Below the pieces are notes generated by a model, which did no database searches, was not told the DNA's origin, and was given only the letters and a program-made list of their open reading frames with translations. A program made the position numbers and the translations under genes. Shown here piece by piece: positions 37,801 to 49,665 of a stretch of DNA of 64,000 bases (the first letter of the stretch is position 1; every line of letters begins with the position of its first letter). Location: the NCBI GenBank assembly GCA_964106645.2, contig OZ067049.1; one strand, written 5' to 3'. The stretch comes from Podarcis pityusensis (taxonomy: Eukaryota).

Positions 37801-40800
37801 GATTTTTTTATTTTATTTTTACAAGACAGAAGCATTGTCTGACTTGTCCAGTGGAGGTCACTATTGAGATTATTATTATTTCTTTAAAAGCCACTTTGTG
37901 AAACTTCAGGAAACTTGTGAATGTATGCAGGAGGTTATTATTGAATGCTTTTTTGTGAGTTATAAGGCAACTTGCAGTTCCATCTTTGATAGACCCTAAT
38001 TCTATAACCACACCTGTTCTAGGATTTTGCTGGCTTCATTCTGCTCTCTATCTTCAGATGTTAAGAGCAAATACTTGTTGGCCAGTTGCGCAGTCTGTTC
38101 CACAGTTGTCTGGTTGCTTTGCATTAATGTCACAGGTGGGGAACCTGTGGTTCAGAAGGAAGAAGTGGATCCAGGCATTTGAGCAAAACAGGGGAACCTG
38201 TGGCTGTTATTGGACTCACATCAGCCCCAGCCAGCATGGCCAATGATCAGGGAGGATGGGAGTTGCAGTCCAGCAACATCTGGAAGGCTGCAGGTTCCCC
38301 ATCCCTGATCTATACAATTTCCCCTTTCAGAATTTAGAAACACATACTTGAAAGAGATTGCTGGGAGAGAGAACACAAGAGGATCATTTTCAGTGGCCAC
38401 GCTCAAACTTTGGAATTTCCTCTCTAGGGACATTTGCCTCATCCCTTCCATGATGGCATCCTGTTGAGGGAGAAAGCCTCTCTCTCTCTTTTTAAAGCTG
38501 CATTTCATTTGACTGGAATGAGTATTTTCTTAGGGAGTGCTGCCTTTGCTTCTGGGGTTGTTCATCTATTGATTTTTGGTGTGTGATTTCTATGGTATAT
38601 TTACTTTTTGATGAATTTTCTTTTTTTTTTTAGAAGCCACCTTGAGCAAGCATTGTGCTGGGAATTCAGGATATCAATACTATAAATAAATAGAAGCGGT
38701 TACTTAAGTAAAAGTCAGCTGAAGATTTGTATGTAAGCAGCTCAGATTTTAAACGGCAGTCTCACGCCTGCCCTTCGCAGCTATGTTTAACATGGAAGTA
38801 TTGAAAACCTTTATACGTTTCAGTTTGCTGTCCAGAATTAGAAATAGCAATGGGCAAACTCTGCCTGTGTTAACTCTGGAGCCACAGTAAAGCAATATGC
38901 ACGTTAAGGGATATTGCTTTGCATTGTTCCAAGTTAAGTCCCTGGCATCGCCAGTTGAAAGCATCAGTTATGGGGTGATGAAAAACACTTTAGCCTAAGG
39001 CTCTGCAGAGCTGCAGCCTTTCTAGGCTAAATTAGCCTACTAGGCTAAATGGTCTGAACTTGTATAAGAAAGCTTCCTATGTTACAGCAATCCTGGGCAG
39101 GCCAGGACTGTAGCTGGAAAATATATGATGCATTGGTCTTGCTTCAGCTAGGAAGCTCTGGATGAGATCAGTCCTGAATGGGATGTTGAGAGCTGTCTTG
39201 CAGGGCATACATTAGTTTGAACACAGTCAAAATTAATCTAAACATCTTCAGGCAAACAAAAGCCATAGGAATTCCAAACTTAAAAAATAAATAAAAATGC
39301 TTGTGCAATATGAAGGCTTACAGCTTTAATCCATTTCCCCTCATGTGAATCCTCCCAAGTTAAATGCTTAGATGGTTAAGACGGCTGAAATTTCAATCAA
39401 ACCCATTCTCAATTATATGAAAATAGAGGCTGGCAATATCTTTGAACAATACCTGTGTCAAGCCATCTTTCATTTGTTAAACTAAAAAATGTCCTTTTTT
39501 CTGAAGCTTAGAGTAAAATCAATAACCATCTTTTAGTCAGGCCGCATGCTGAAGGGATTTAGAAAATATATAATCTTGTCGGGGGGGAGCACATTGCTAT
39601 GTAAACTGAACATTGGGAAAAGGTTTAACATGAATTTCATTTTGACATTCCAGGTTAATCTGCACACATTGCCTTCTTGTTGCTCAAACCACAACTCTCC
39701 CCCCCCCCCCCTTGAACTGGTCCCAGGATGATGCAGAAATCTTGTTGAAACCAATCAGATCTTGGTCTGGTCAATTCATGGATGATGATGATTTTATTGT
39801 TTATACCCTGCCCAACTGGCTGGGATGAGAGACCACATGGGAACCCTTTGCACATCACTCTGAGTTCCAAGATAGACGAAGGGCAGGATATGTTTGGGTT
39901 AAAAGGAGTTGATGGGTACAACTAGTATGCATGTATTTTTTTAGAAGTAGGTGCCACCTATTTCACCTAAGAGAATTGAGGTGGTTGAGAAACAGTAATA
40001 AAAGTTAAACAAAGCAAACATAATCCCTAAATTCTAGTATATACTCTGGTTTTAAAAATTAACACTGTCCAGCCCATTTAACAAATCCTGGCAGCACAAA
40101 AATAGCATAAGCTATCAAAAACTGCATCAGTAACAAAAGCCACGTCGTCACCAACCACCTGAAGCAATGTGGTTCTCAAAAGAGTGTATAGGAGAGCATG
40201 GCAGGTGTGGCAGGAAGATTCAAGGACAATCAATATTATATTTTGGGAATAATCATGTTCTTATGTAGCTGCATTGTTTTATAATTTCTGGATGTCCCAC
40301 GATCATATTATAAAGTAGTTGTGTTCACCTATGTTCAAAATCAAGCACTGCTAGGAATTGTTTATTTTTGTTTTCTAACTTATTTCTCATAAAAAAATTC
40401 GGTGTGGCGTGAGCAAATTTTTATTCTGAAAGTGTGGCCGAGAGAAAAAGAAGTTTGAGAACCACTGCAATAGAGTGATGAAGACTTAACAAACCCTGCT
40501 CAGAAAGACATTCCATGGGGTAGGTGCCACAACATAAAAGGCCCTGCCTATAATTGACACCAGTCTTGCCTCCTGAGGTCAAGGGATTTGAAGCAGAGCC
40601 TCAGGTGACATTTTCATTTCTGATTTGTTTATTAATTAATTAACTAATGATGGGAAGGTTAGTAGATTTCACAGGTGGTTGAGGGGGTGGTGAGATAAGC
40701 CTGAGATAAGGACAGGGGGTATGTATCAGAACAGTAAGGAAATAAATGGTAAAAAAACTGATGGTCATCAGAGGGGTTATCTAAGACTTTAAAAGCTTAA

Positions 40801-41496
40801 CAATGCAAACTCCCATCATCACTGGCCATAGGCCATGCCGGCTGGGGCTAGTGGGAGTTGTATTCCAGCGACAGCTGAAGATGTTGAATACCCCTGCTGC
40901 AGCTCTAATCCAGGATGCGTTCAGATCTTCAGTTATTTTCCAGAAGATGCAGCCTTTATTTGAAAGACTTTGTCATAAAATGTTGTCACTTGCACCAAAG
41001 TGGCTTGAGGAGGAACATTCCATTCAGCACAGAGTGTGCACAGAGTCTGCATAAGTTAGCTTTAATTCACATTTAGCATCATTTGTCCTCTTAAATTGCA
41101 CTGATTTAGTGAGGAGAGTAAAATAATCTCTCATCCTGTCAAAAGGGCTGGTACCCACAGAACAGGGTTTAATTGCATTAGGGAGCTGCTTCGTGTCTGC
41201 CTGTGTGCAGTTTGGGGATGTGGGGTTGCTGGGGGGATACTTTGCTCAAATCCTTTTGCTTGCTTTCCCTGTGTTCATAGTGCACACTGTTCACCCAGCC
41301 TTTCCCTGAGGATTGGTCTACCTACGTGGACATACACTTCTCTCTACTAGTCAGAGGGGTAACTACTAGGGTTGTAGTCACTGCTGTAGTCACTTAGGCT
41401 TCTGCACAATCTAGAACCCTGCACAGTCAGCATAGCCAATGGATGGAAATTGTATTTAGCCACCATGAGGTGGGCCGCAGATTCACCGTCCCAGTA

Positions 41497-41742
41497 CAGT
41501 GGACGCTCGGGTTGTGAACGTGATCCATGTGGGAGGCATGTTCGCAACCCGCAGTGCCGCATCTGCGCACACGTGGGTTGCGATTCTGTTCTTCTGCGCA
41601 TGCGCAAAGTGTGATTTAGTGTTTCTGTGCATGCGCGAGCGCCGAAACACTGAAAGTAACCTGTTCCGGTACTTCCAGGTTTGGGCGCGTCCATAACCCG
41701 AAAACACGCAACCTGAAGCGTCTGTAACCCGAGGTATGACTG
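41497..41742. mobile_element. Tc1/mariner (Tigger-like) MITE
   Basis: TA-CAGTGGACGCTCGGGTT ... AACCCGAGGTATGACTG-TA: TIRs with TA duplication; CpG-rich interior. Confidence 0.82.
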
Positions 41743-41798
41743 TATATAACTATGGGGGATGTTTCAGAATTGCTTCAATATTGAATGAAGGTGTTGTC

Positions 41799-42250
41799 CT
41801 TCATGGCCTAGGACCCTCGTACCTACGGGACCGCCTCTCCCGGTATGTCCCACGGAGAGCCTCAAGGTCCATAAATAGCAACACCCTAGTGGTCCCGGGC
41901 CCTAAGGAAGTTAGATTAGCTTCAACCAGAGCCAGGGCCTTTTCAACTCTGGCTCCGGCCTGGTAGAACGCTCTGTCTCTTGAGACCAGGGCCCTGCAGG
42001 ATCTGATTTCTTTCCACAGGGCCTGTAAGACAGAGTTGTTCCACCTGGCCTTTGGCTTGGAGCCAATTTGATTCCCTCCCCCTCTTTCTTTCTTTTTTCT
42101 TTTCCTTTCTCCTCCTGCGATGAGGTTTCAATATTTTAATGTTGTATTTTAATTTTGTTTTTAAGTTGTATTCATTCAATTTGTTTTTATTATTGCTCGT
42201 TAGCCGCCCTGAGCCCAGCCTTGGCTGGGGAGGGTGGGATATAAATAAAA

Positions 42251-42284
<34 letters not shown>
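41799..42284 (+). mobile_element. L2 LINE 3' fragment (second subfamily)
   Basis: LHGLGPSYLRDRL...RARAFSTLAPAW(*)NAL; (TTA)n tail. Confidence 0.85.
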
Positions 42285-42285
<1 letters not shown>

Positions 42286-42720
42286 CCGTCTCAAGAGACA
42301 ATAGAGTGCGCCTCCAGGGGTGAAGTCAGGCAGCTGCATTAGCAGCATCAAAGTGACCACCTTGGGGTGCAGGCCTAGGCAGAAGGCAGTTTCTGCACAT
42401 ACTGTAGAAGAAAGTGAGAGGCAGGTGGGGCTCATCAACCTGGGAAGGTAACCCATCTAACAGAAGAAAAACTTCAGTCTTAGACCTCTGCTGCTTTGCG
42501 GGATATCTTCGGGAGAAAAAAAGTCTAAGGTGCAAACCCTACACAAATCTGGAGTGGAGTCCCTAAGACAGTTGGATGGCGCCTTGTACACCTCCTTCTG
42601 GCAGCTCCAGCAGCCAAGCTGGTGCCAAACACATTGCTTTGTTTTCCTTTGGGCCACATCAGCAAGGCCGGGGTGTGTGTGTCTTGTCACCTGGGCAGCC
42701 CAGGACCTCCATACACACTG
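42285..42720. mobile_element. Dispersed retroposon-like repeat (unclassified, possibly RTE-related)
   Basis: The first ~45 nt match 26691-26745 within this window; the remainder is recognised as a common lacertid repeat from recall only. Confidence 0.5.
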
Positions 42721-42734
42721 AAGGAAGTAATCTA

Positions 42735-42991
42735 GATTCAGGCAGGTAGCCATGTTGGTCTGACGCAGTTGAAATAAAAAAATTAAAAAATAGTCCAGTT
42801 TGTTCTAGGTATAAGCTTTTGTGTGCACACACACTTCTTCAGATACAGTGAAACCAGTGTATCTGAAGAATACACAGTATTTATCAGTGTATTTGAAGAA
42901 GTGTGCATGCAAACGAAAACTTATGCTGTACCTAGAACAAACTTAATTGGTCTCTAAGGTGCTACTGGACTATTTTTTAATTTTTTATTTT
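42735..42991. mobile_element. Penelope-like element terminus, inverted pseudo-LTR arrangement
   Basis: Large inverted repeat (aaattaaaaaatagtccagt..tttgttctaggta..cacacttcttcagatac versus gtat.tgaagaagtgtg..tacctagaacaaac..actggactattttttaattt) containing hammerhead-core motifs. Confidence 0.75.
42809..42846 (-). ncRNA. Minimal type I hammerhead ribozyme relic (G12 mutated)
   Basis: Minus strand GTAT-CTGAAGA-A-GTGTG-tgtg-CACAC-AAA-AGCT-T-ATAC: stem I GTAT/ATAC, CUGANGA core, 5-bp stem II, palindromic AGCT stem III; GAAA reads AAAA. Confidence 0.65.
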
Positions 42992-43534
42992 GAAAGAAGT
43001 AATGATAAGAATAACCTAGGAAATGAAGGGCTCATACTCTACTGTGTAAATAATTGTTTCATTGGGTTTAATGGGATGGGGAGCGATGCCTATGCTATGA
43101 GCTATTCCCTAGATGATAGTTTTGCAAATTATTTGGAGGTATACGTTGTTCAATCTGCTACCTACATTGCTGTTAGACATCCAGATCCATTATCCAGATA
43201 ATCTGAAACACAAGGATGCAAACCAATTATTTCTATAGACTTCATTGTGTCTGAATGGGCATAAATTTTAGGAATTCAGTTTAACTGGAATATGGATCAT
43301 GTTGAAATTGTGTCCTTGGGTGATAATACAGTGGAAAGCTTGAATGGATACAATCCCCCAAAACATGTAAACATTATTTGCTTGCTTAGATTTTGCCTTA
43401 ATAGCTCAACATGAAAATTAAACCCATATAGAGCCTTAATCTTTATCTGAGTAGTAGCATTCATATCATGCAACTGTATTTATTTCATATTTCTAGGTAG
43501 TATCAACACATTGATCTGTTGCTAATCTGATGTA

Positions 43535-43571
<37 letters not shown>

Positions 43572-45320
43572 TGATCACAGCACTTACCTCTTGGGACGCA
43601 TATCAAAAAATGGCCCTGCTGAACAGTTCATTATTTAAAGTTGAGCTTTAATTGTTACAATTTAACTGAATTTTAAATGAATGTCTACTTGGGATAATAG
43701 GTTATTTAAACAGCAATCCCAATGGGCTGTTTTATTTGGAATGCATTTTTGCTTCAATTTTGTTCATGATGGAGCCAAATAAAAATGTTATTTAGGGCAT
43801 CCATATGATCAATTTATAGCATATAGATGTGCGCTTGTTGTTGTTCCCTGTGGGAATCCAGGTGTCTTTTGAGACTGTGTTTTTGATGCAAGAATACCCA
43901 CGCTCAGTCTGCAGATTTACATCATTTTCCTTCCAGTTTGCCTGCCCATCAGTGACAATTGTTAATGGCTTATGGCTTTGCAATTGACACAGGCAGCAGT
44001 TGGATAGTAAACGTATCTTCACTGCCCAATAAGAAGGAACAAAATGATATTCAGAATGTTCCAAGATTTTCCATCCTTCATTCAAAGAAGGAAAATGGGG
44101 TTTCTAATTCTTGCCTGAGAATGTGTGGACGCTGCCTGGTGGTGAAGTAGTGATGGCCACCGACTTGGAGGACCACAGAAGAGGAATTTGGCAAATTCAT
44201 GGAGGATAAGACCATCAATGGCTACTAGCCATGATAGTTATGTTCTGCTTCCACTCTACACCAGTTTTGTGGAATCACAAGCAGGGAGGGTGCTGCTGCA
44301 CTCCGGTCCTTCGTTCAAGGCTTCCCATAGGCCATTGTGATGGGCCATTGGCTTGATCCAAAGACTCTTCTTATGTTATTATGATGAATCCAGGGCACAA
44401 CTTTGTAGGGGCACAAAAAGCAGCATGCTATGCACAGCACATGTATCTTGGAGTACCTGCACCAGGGACCCCCCCCCCCCAGTCTGACAGAGCTCCCTTG
44501 CATGTGTTATGACCCTTTGGGATACAGAGCAGCTTGCTTGATTGCCATGCAATGCATGAAGGGGCAAAGGGTGCAACTAGCTAAGCCTTACAGTGGTCAG
44601 GGCGTTGGGGTTTCAATATTTTGGACAACTAGTAGTTTCATAAATTTTATTTAAAAAAAAAAATAACGTTTTTCTTCTGACCTCTGCTGGTGCCTTCCCT
44701 CCACTGCATCAGTTAACATTCCTTCTGCCAGGTTGCAGATATGTGCATATTTAGTTACATGCAAACATGGGGTATGATCTAATGGATGCCCTTGTGTCTG
44801 TGGGAGGGATTTGGATCCCCAACACCCTCCAAAAGTGTGTTCCTTGGAGTTTGGGGGTACTTCACATCAGGGTGGAAGATGGCATGGGGGTGGGCTGCAC
44901 AGGGAGGGAGGACTTGGCAAAAATCACCTCCCACCCTCTCCCATCAGTGAAGGCACCTGCTGGATCAAGAACCCTTCCGTTACTGGAAGGGCGCCAATTG
45001 GATCCCATTCATAAGAGTGGTTTTTTCTAGGTGAAGCAAAGGTCCTGTTTAGTCCAGTCATTCTCTTGCCCAATGGTCTGCAAGGTGTCTTTGGGAAAGC
45101 AGGTCAGTAGCAGCCAACCCTTGTTTTCTGTCCCCATCACCTTGTAACCAGTGGTATGCTACTGCCTTTTTAATAGATGTCTCCCAATGAATATTAGATA
45201 AGTTGTCTTGCATGAAATTTCTGAACCTTGTTACAGAAAGTATTTCTGGTCCATAGATAGAAGGGTGGCATGTTTCATGCTGTTGTTGGTTTTCTGAGGG
45301 ACTTCTGCTTCTCTTTACAG

Positions 45321-45441
45321 CTGTGCCTGCAAACATTGCAGACCTCCGGAATTTAGAAGTGCTCAACTTTTTCAACAATCAGATTGAGGAACTGCCAATT
45401 CAGATTAGCAGCCTTCAGAAGCTGAAGCACTTGAACCTGGG
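45321..45441 (+). CDS. RSU1: RSU1 exon 4 (LRRs)
   Basis: ctctttacag| acceptor; (T)VPANIADLRNLEVLNFFNNQIEELPIQISSLQKLKHLNL(G); GG|gtgcgt donor; 121 nt. Confidence 0.97.
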
Positions 45442-45920
45442 GTGCGTATCCGTCCTGATGAGTTGCTTGGATGCTCCATAAGACGGGCATGGGCCAAATG
45501 TGGCCCTCCAGGGCTTTCAGCCCAGCCCTTTCCCCAGGCTTCATCTCTCAGTGTCCCTTCTTCACCTCTCTGGTGGGTTTGCCTGGCTAGAATGTTTTGG
45601 AGAAGCAGATCTGTTGCACAAGATCTTCCAATCAACTATAACTGCGCAACCTGAATTTCCCAGTATGTGATTGAATCCCACCCAAAATAGCAACAGTCTG
45701 GAAACACCCTTTCTCTTTTTAAAGGACATGTCCTTAGCCATTGTGAGTTTTTAATGTGGCTGTTTTTGTTTCTTTGTGTTATTGTTGGGTCCCCCCCCTT
45801 TTTTATGGCCTTTTAGATTATGTGATTGTTGGTCACCTTATGCAGCATCCAAAGCAAATGTACAAGAGAGAATGTGGTCAGTAAAGTCTAAAATGGCTTA
45901 ACAGAGAGAAACAAGCGATA

Positions 45921-46253
45921 CAGGCAACTCCTCATTTAAGCGGGAGTTATGTTCTAAGGCACTGCACGTTTAAGTGAAATCGCGTATATTGGGAATGCCG
46001 CTGAAAAAGCCTGCAAACATCCTCCAAACCTCCTTGCTCAAACTCCAACTCTCAACAGGCCTCAAAGGTCGGTGCAAGAGCTCCTGGGATTGCACTTGCA
46101 AAGGCTTGTGGGATTGCTCAGCGCTGTTTCTGCAGCATTTTTGTGCTCTTTTGTGGCTGCTTTTGCCCCTTTTTATGCCACTTCTGGGTTTGCAGTGATG
46201 CGCGTGTGTGCAGTCGTGTGTTCCTTGAACACATGTAAATGAGCAGTTGCCTG
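45921..46253. mobile_element. Tc1/mariner-type MITE
   Basis: TA-CAGGCAACTCCTCATTTA ... TAAATGAGCAGTTGCCTG (17/18 TIR match); ends 74 nt upstream of RSU1 exon 5. Confidence 0.8.
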
Positions 46254-46327
46254 CGTATACTAAATAAAATAACATGTTTGCATTCATATCCCAAATAATA
46301 CCTTACACATCCTTCTCTTAACATTAG

Positions 46328-46446
46328 GATGAACAGGCTTAACTCCTTGCCACGAGGATTTGGCTCCTTGCCAGCTCTGGAGGTTCTTGATTTGACTTAC
46401 AATAACTTAAACGAAAATTCGCTTCCCGGAAACTTCTTCTATCTAA
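46328..46446 (+). CDS. RSU1: RSU1 exon 5 (LRRs)
   Basis: cattag| acceptor; MNRLNSLPRGFGSLPALEVLDLTYNNLNENSLPGNFFYL; A|gtaaga donor; 119 nt. Confidence 0.97.
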
Positions 46447-47910
46447 GTAAGAAACTATTTTAAATTAATTTTTTTTAAATGTGTTAAATCATCCTGAAAA
46501 GTTGCTTTGCTTTATGCAGGTAAAATTTATTTGAGGGAGGCTGAACTCTAAAAAAAGAATATTAGAGATATATGCGTCCTTCTATGAGCCGCCTTGAATA
46601 TTTCTGCATAGCTTGGCAATCTGTACCTTTTGATCTACAGTCACCTGATCTCGGTGGGAGTAAGTGGACGGCTAGGAGTGTTGTATGAGCTACCGCCTTG
46701 GTCATATTTTCTTGAATTTTATTCCATTTCATACTGAGCTAAAACTTCAGCAAATGCAGCACCCACCTGGGACAGTTAAGAAGGTCACCAAGCGAGAGAA
46801 GAAATGCAAGCCACCACGTTATAATCTGTTTTCCATGAACAATTATTTATCAGCCCTGGGTTCAGCGTGCAGCACCTTTTGCAAATATAAGGCTTTGTGG
46901 CTGCTGATGCCTGCCCTAGACCAGCTAGGCCAGTTAATTCCACCACCCCCCTTTCTACCTGGCAAGATGCCTGCAGCAAATAAGTGAGCCATCCTTTCTT
47001 TTTAATCCAGGGGTAGCCCTCCAGATGTTGTTGGGCTCCAACTCCCATCAGACCCAGCCAACACAGTCAAAAGTCAGGGCTGATGGGAGTTGTAGTTGAA
47101 CAGCTTCTGGACAGCAACCTGTTGTCTGTCCCTGTTTTAATGCCTAACATGAGACTCTAACGTGGTGCCACACTGGAGCAGAGGTTGGCAGAGGTGCCAA
47201 CATGAATAAAATATTGGGGGGCAGGCAAGCCCCAACCTGCATAATCAGTCACATGATGCAGCTCACACACCATTTGAATGACAATACTCATCAACTTTAG
47301 GGGGACCAGTCCCCTCAGCCCCTAGAAGTTTGCTCCTATGGGGTAAGCAATCTCTGGCCCCCTGGGCCAAATTTGATCCACTGGGCCATTTTCCCCAAAC
47401 CACAGTCACCTTCACATCATATGTGACACCAGCTGTGGGGCAGGTAGAGGCACATCTAGATTGGCAGAAAGCAGGATTAAACATTGGCATCAGCTGCTGT
47501 GCAGGGACCTCACCCCACACCCGCTCCATGGGGCCAACTACACCCCCCCCCGATTAACATAAACCCACAGTGGGGAGATAAAGATTTGGCCCATCAGGTC
47601 GAAAAGGTTCCCCACCCCTGACACTAGACCTATTGACATTAATGGCCTCTGTGGCGTACATGTTTGGTCTACAACTGAGTAGTCTGAGCGATGCAATTTT
47701 GGTCCAGCTTTGGAAGTTGTGTCTCCATCAGAAGCATCTTTCCATGGTGAAATGGCTGATTTTCCTTCTGTGTTGGGATGGGTGTGGTGTGTTCTAAGCC
47801 ATCTGGGAGCCATGAAAAGGTAATGAACTAAAATGAAACCAATTTATCCTTTTACCCCCATCCGCATTTCCCCCCAAATTTACTATCATTTCTTGAAAGG
47901 AATAAAGCAG

Positions 47911-48107
47911 GAATAGCCAAAGCTCACTGGTCCAGGTATCTGCTTTCTATTCAGAAGGTCCCAGGTACAATCCTCTGCTTCTCCTCTGTAGGACTGGGAA
48001 ATGATTCTCTGCCTGAAAACAGAAAAGTAGCTTCGAATCAATATAGGCAGTCCTGAGCTTGGAAGACCCAATGGTTTATGCTGGTATAAGGCAGCTTCTT
48101 AGGTTCC
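47911..48107 (+). mobile_element. Old tRNA-derived squamate SINE (Squam2-like); related copies about 38910-39085 (+) and 58765-58900 (-)
   Basis: Degenerate A/B boxes (agctcactgg...cagaaggtcccaggtacaatcc) and tail tataaggcagcttcttaggttcc shared between copies. Confidence 0.6.
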
Positions 48108-48548
48108 AGATCTGTACAAAATAAATTCTTGTATTTGCTGTATTTTTACTCCAGCCTGATCTAAACTGACTTCTCAGCTATTCTCTGCAGACATCTAAGA
48201 GAGGCAGAGGGTGAAGCCTATCGGGAGCTTTTAAGGGCGGGTTGTAGATGCAAATTTTGATAATGACTAGGAATTGGAAGTTAATAAGCTGTGATGGCTT
48301 CTGTCCTGGCAGACTCCTATTGAAACGGTGTGCCGTGGCCTGCCAGAGCCTAATGGTACAGGAATTGTTAATTGTGTCAGTCCTTTTGGATATAGATGTT
48401 TTCCTGAGCGGACCCAACAGTACAATAAGCCAGTAAATCTAAGTTTGACCTGCTTGTTATTATAGTGAGCCTTGGGTATGTCAAAGGCTTTTCACCAAGT
48501 CAGGGTTATTAATCAAAGCTGACACTTTTTTATTGATCAGGCCTCAAA

Positions 48549-48714
48549 NNNNNNNNNNNNNNNNNNNNNNNNNNNNNNNNNNNNNNNNNNNNNNNNNNNN
48601 NNNNNNNNNNNNNNNNNNNNNNNNNNNNNNNNNNNNNNNNNNNNNNNNNNNNNNNNNNNNNNNNNNNNNNNNNNNNNNNNNNNNNNNNNNNNNNNNNNNN
48701 NNNNNNNNNNNNNN
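48549..48714. other. Assembly gap (166 N), probable location of RSU1 exon 6
   Basis: Run of N. Exon 5 ends in phase 1 and exon 7 starts in phase 0, and the intervening LRR exon is not found elsewhere between them. Confidence 0.85.
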
Positions 48715-48881
48715 CAATTCGCTTTTGCGGCCCTTGTAAGAGTAGAATCAAGTCAATTTGCAGGGGAGCGGTGGGGGCTTTGAAGAAACGGGCCTCCTAT
48801 TCTTGGCGTTGCCTATTGTTAATCAGCAGACACTTGTAACTAAATTGGAGGAATTGAATGTTTAGGGCGGGGTGAAGTGTC

Positions 48882-48882
<1 letters not shown>

Positions 48883-48916
<34 letters not shown>
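48883..48916. repeat. (GAAA)n microsatellite
   Basis: Perfect tetranucleotide run. Confidence 0.95.
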
Positions 48917-48919
<3 letters not shown>

Positions 48920-49068
48920 GACTTTGCAGTATAAAATATTTATTTATGGCTGATTTTGACATAAACATCTGCTTCCTTTCAACTGAGAATTGTTCTGACA
49001 ACACTGTGTGCCTGTCTGTGTCTCTCCCACTCAACCACTCACTCTCTCTCTCTCTTTTTTCCTTAAAG

Positions 49069-49183
49069 CTTAGCCTTAGGGATAATGACCTGATATCCCT
49101 CCCTAAAGAAATTGGTGAACTCACTCAGCTTAAAGAACTTCATATCCAGGGCAACCGCCTTACAGTGCTGCCTCCTGAGCTAG
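49069..49183 (+). CDS. RSU1: RSU1 exon 7 (LRRs)
   Basis: (CT)n tract and ttaaag| acceptor; [38 protein letters not shown](G); G|gtaaga donor; 115 nt. Confidence 0.97.
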
Positions 49184-49514
49184 GTAAGACTTGGGCATTG
49201 CTGCTGTAAGGATGCCTGAAAGCCTACTTGAACACAGCCCTTCATTTTGGTAACCAAACTTGGCCATTAACATCTTTAAAACATGTTCATTGCATTTCCC
49301 CCCAGCCCCTGCTAAGCACAAACTAGCAAGCCCAGCAAATACTTAAGGAACATTTCTGAGCATGGGAGGCAAAGATTCCTGCCACAACTAAACTTAATAT
49401 TGTCACACCTGGCAATAGTGGCATTTGGTATTGTATTTAATGTGTTATATATAAAGCAACATGTCAACATCATTTGTTTGTTTACAGTATGACTTTTTCA
49501 GACTATTAATTCAG

Positions 49515-49665
49515 CATAGAATTGTAGAGTTGGAAGGGACCTCGGCGGTCATTGAATCCAACCTCTTTCAGGAATCTCCCACACAGGGTCCCCCATCCAA
49601 TTTGAAACCATACGGGACCCTGCTTAGCTTAGCAAATGTGCTCGCAGTTTTATTGATGCACCACT
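49515..49665 (-). mobile_element. 5S rRNA-derived (SINE3-like) element with CR1-type tail
   Basis: Minus strand AAGCTAAGCAGGGTC-N15-TTGGATGGGGGACC matches the 5S rRNA internal control region with identical spacing, followed by attcctg...ggtcccttccaactctacaattctatg. Confidence 0.75.

Noticed and set aside
49587-49630. 5S rRNA gene
   Set aside because: Only the ~44-nt internal control region matches; the 5' and 3' parts of 5S are absent.
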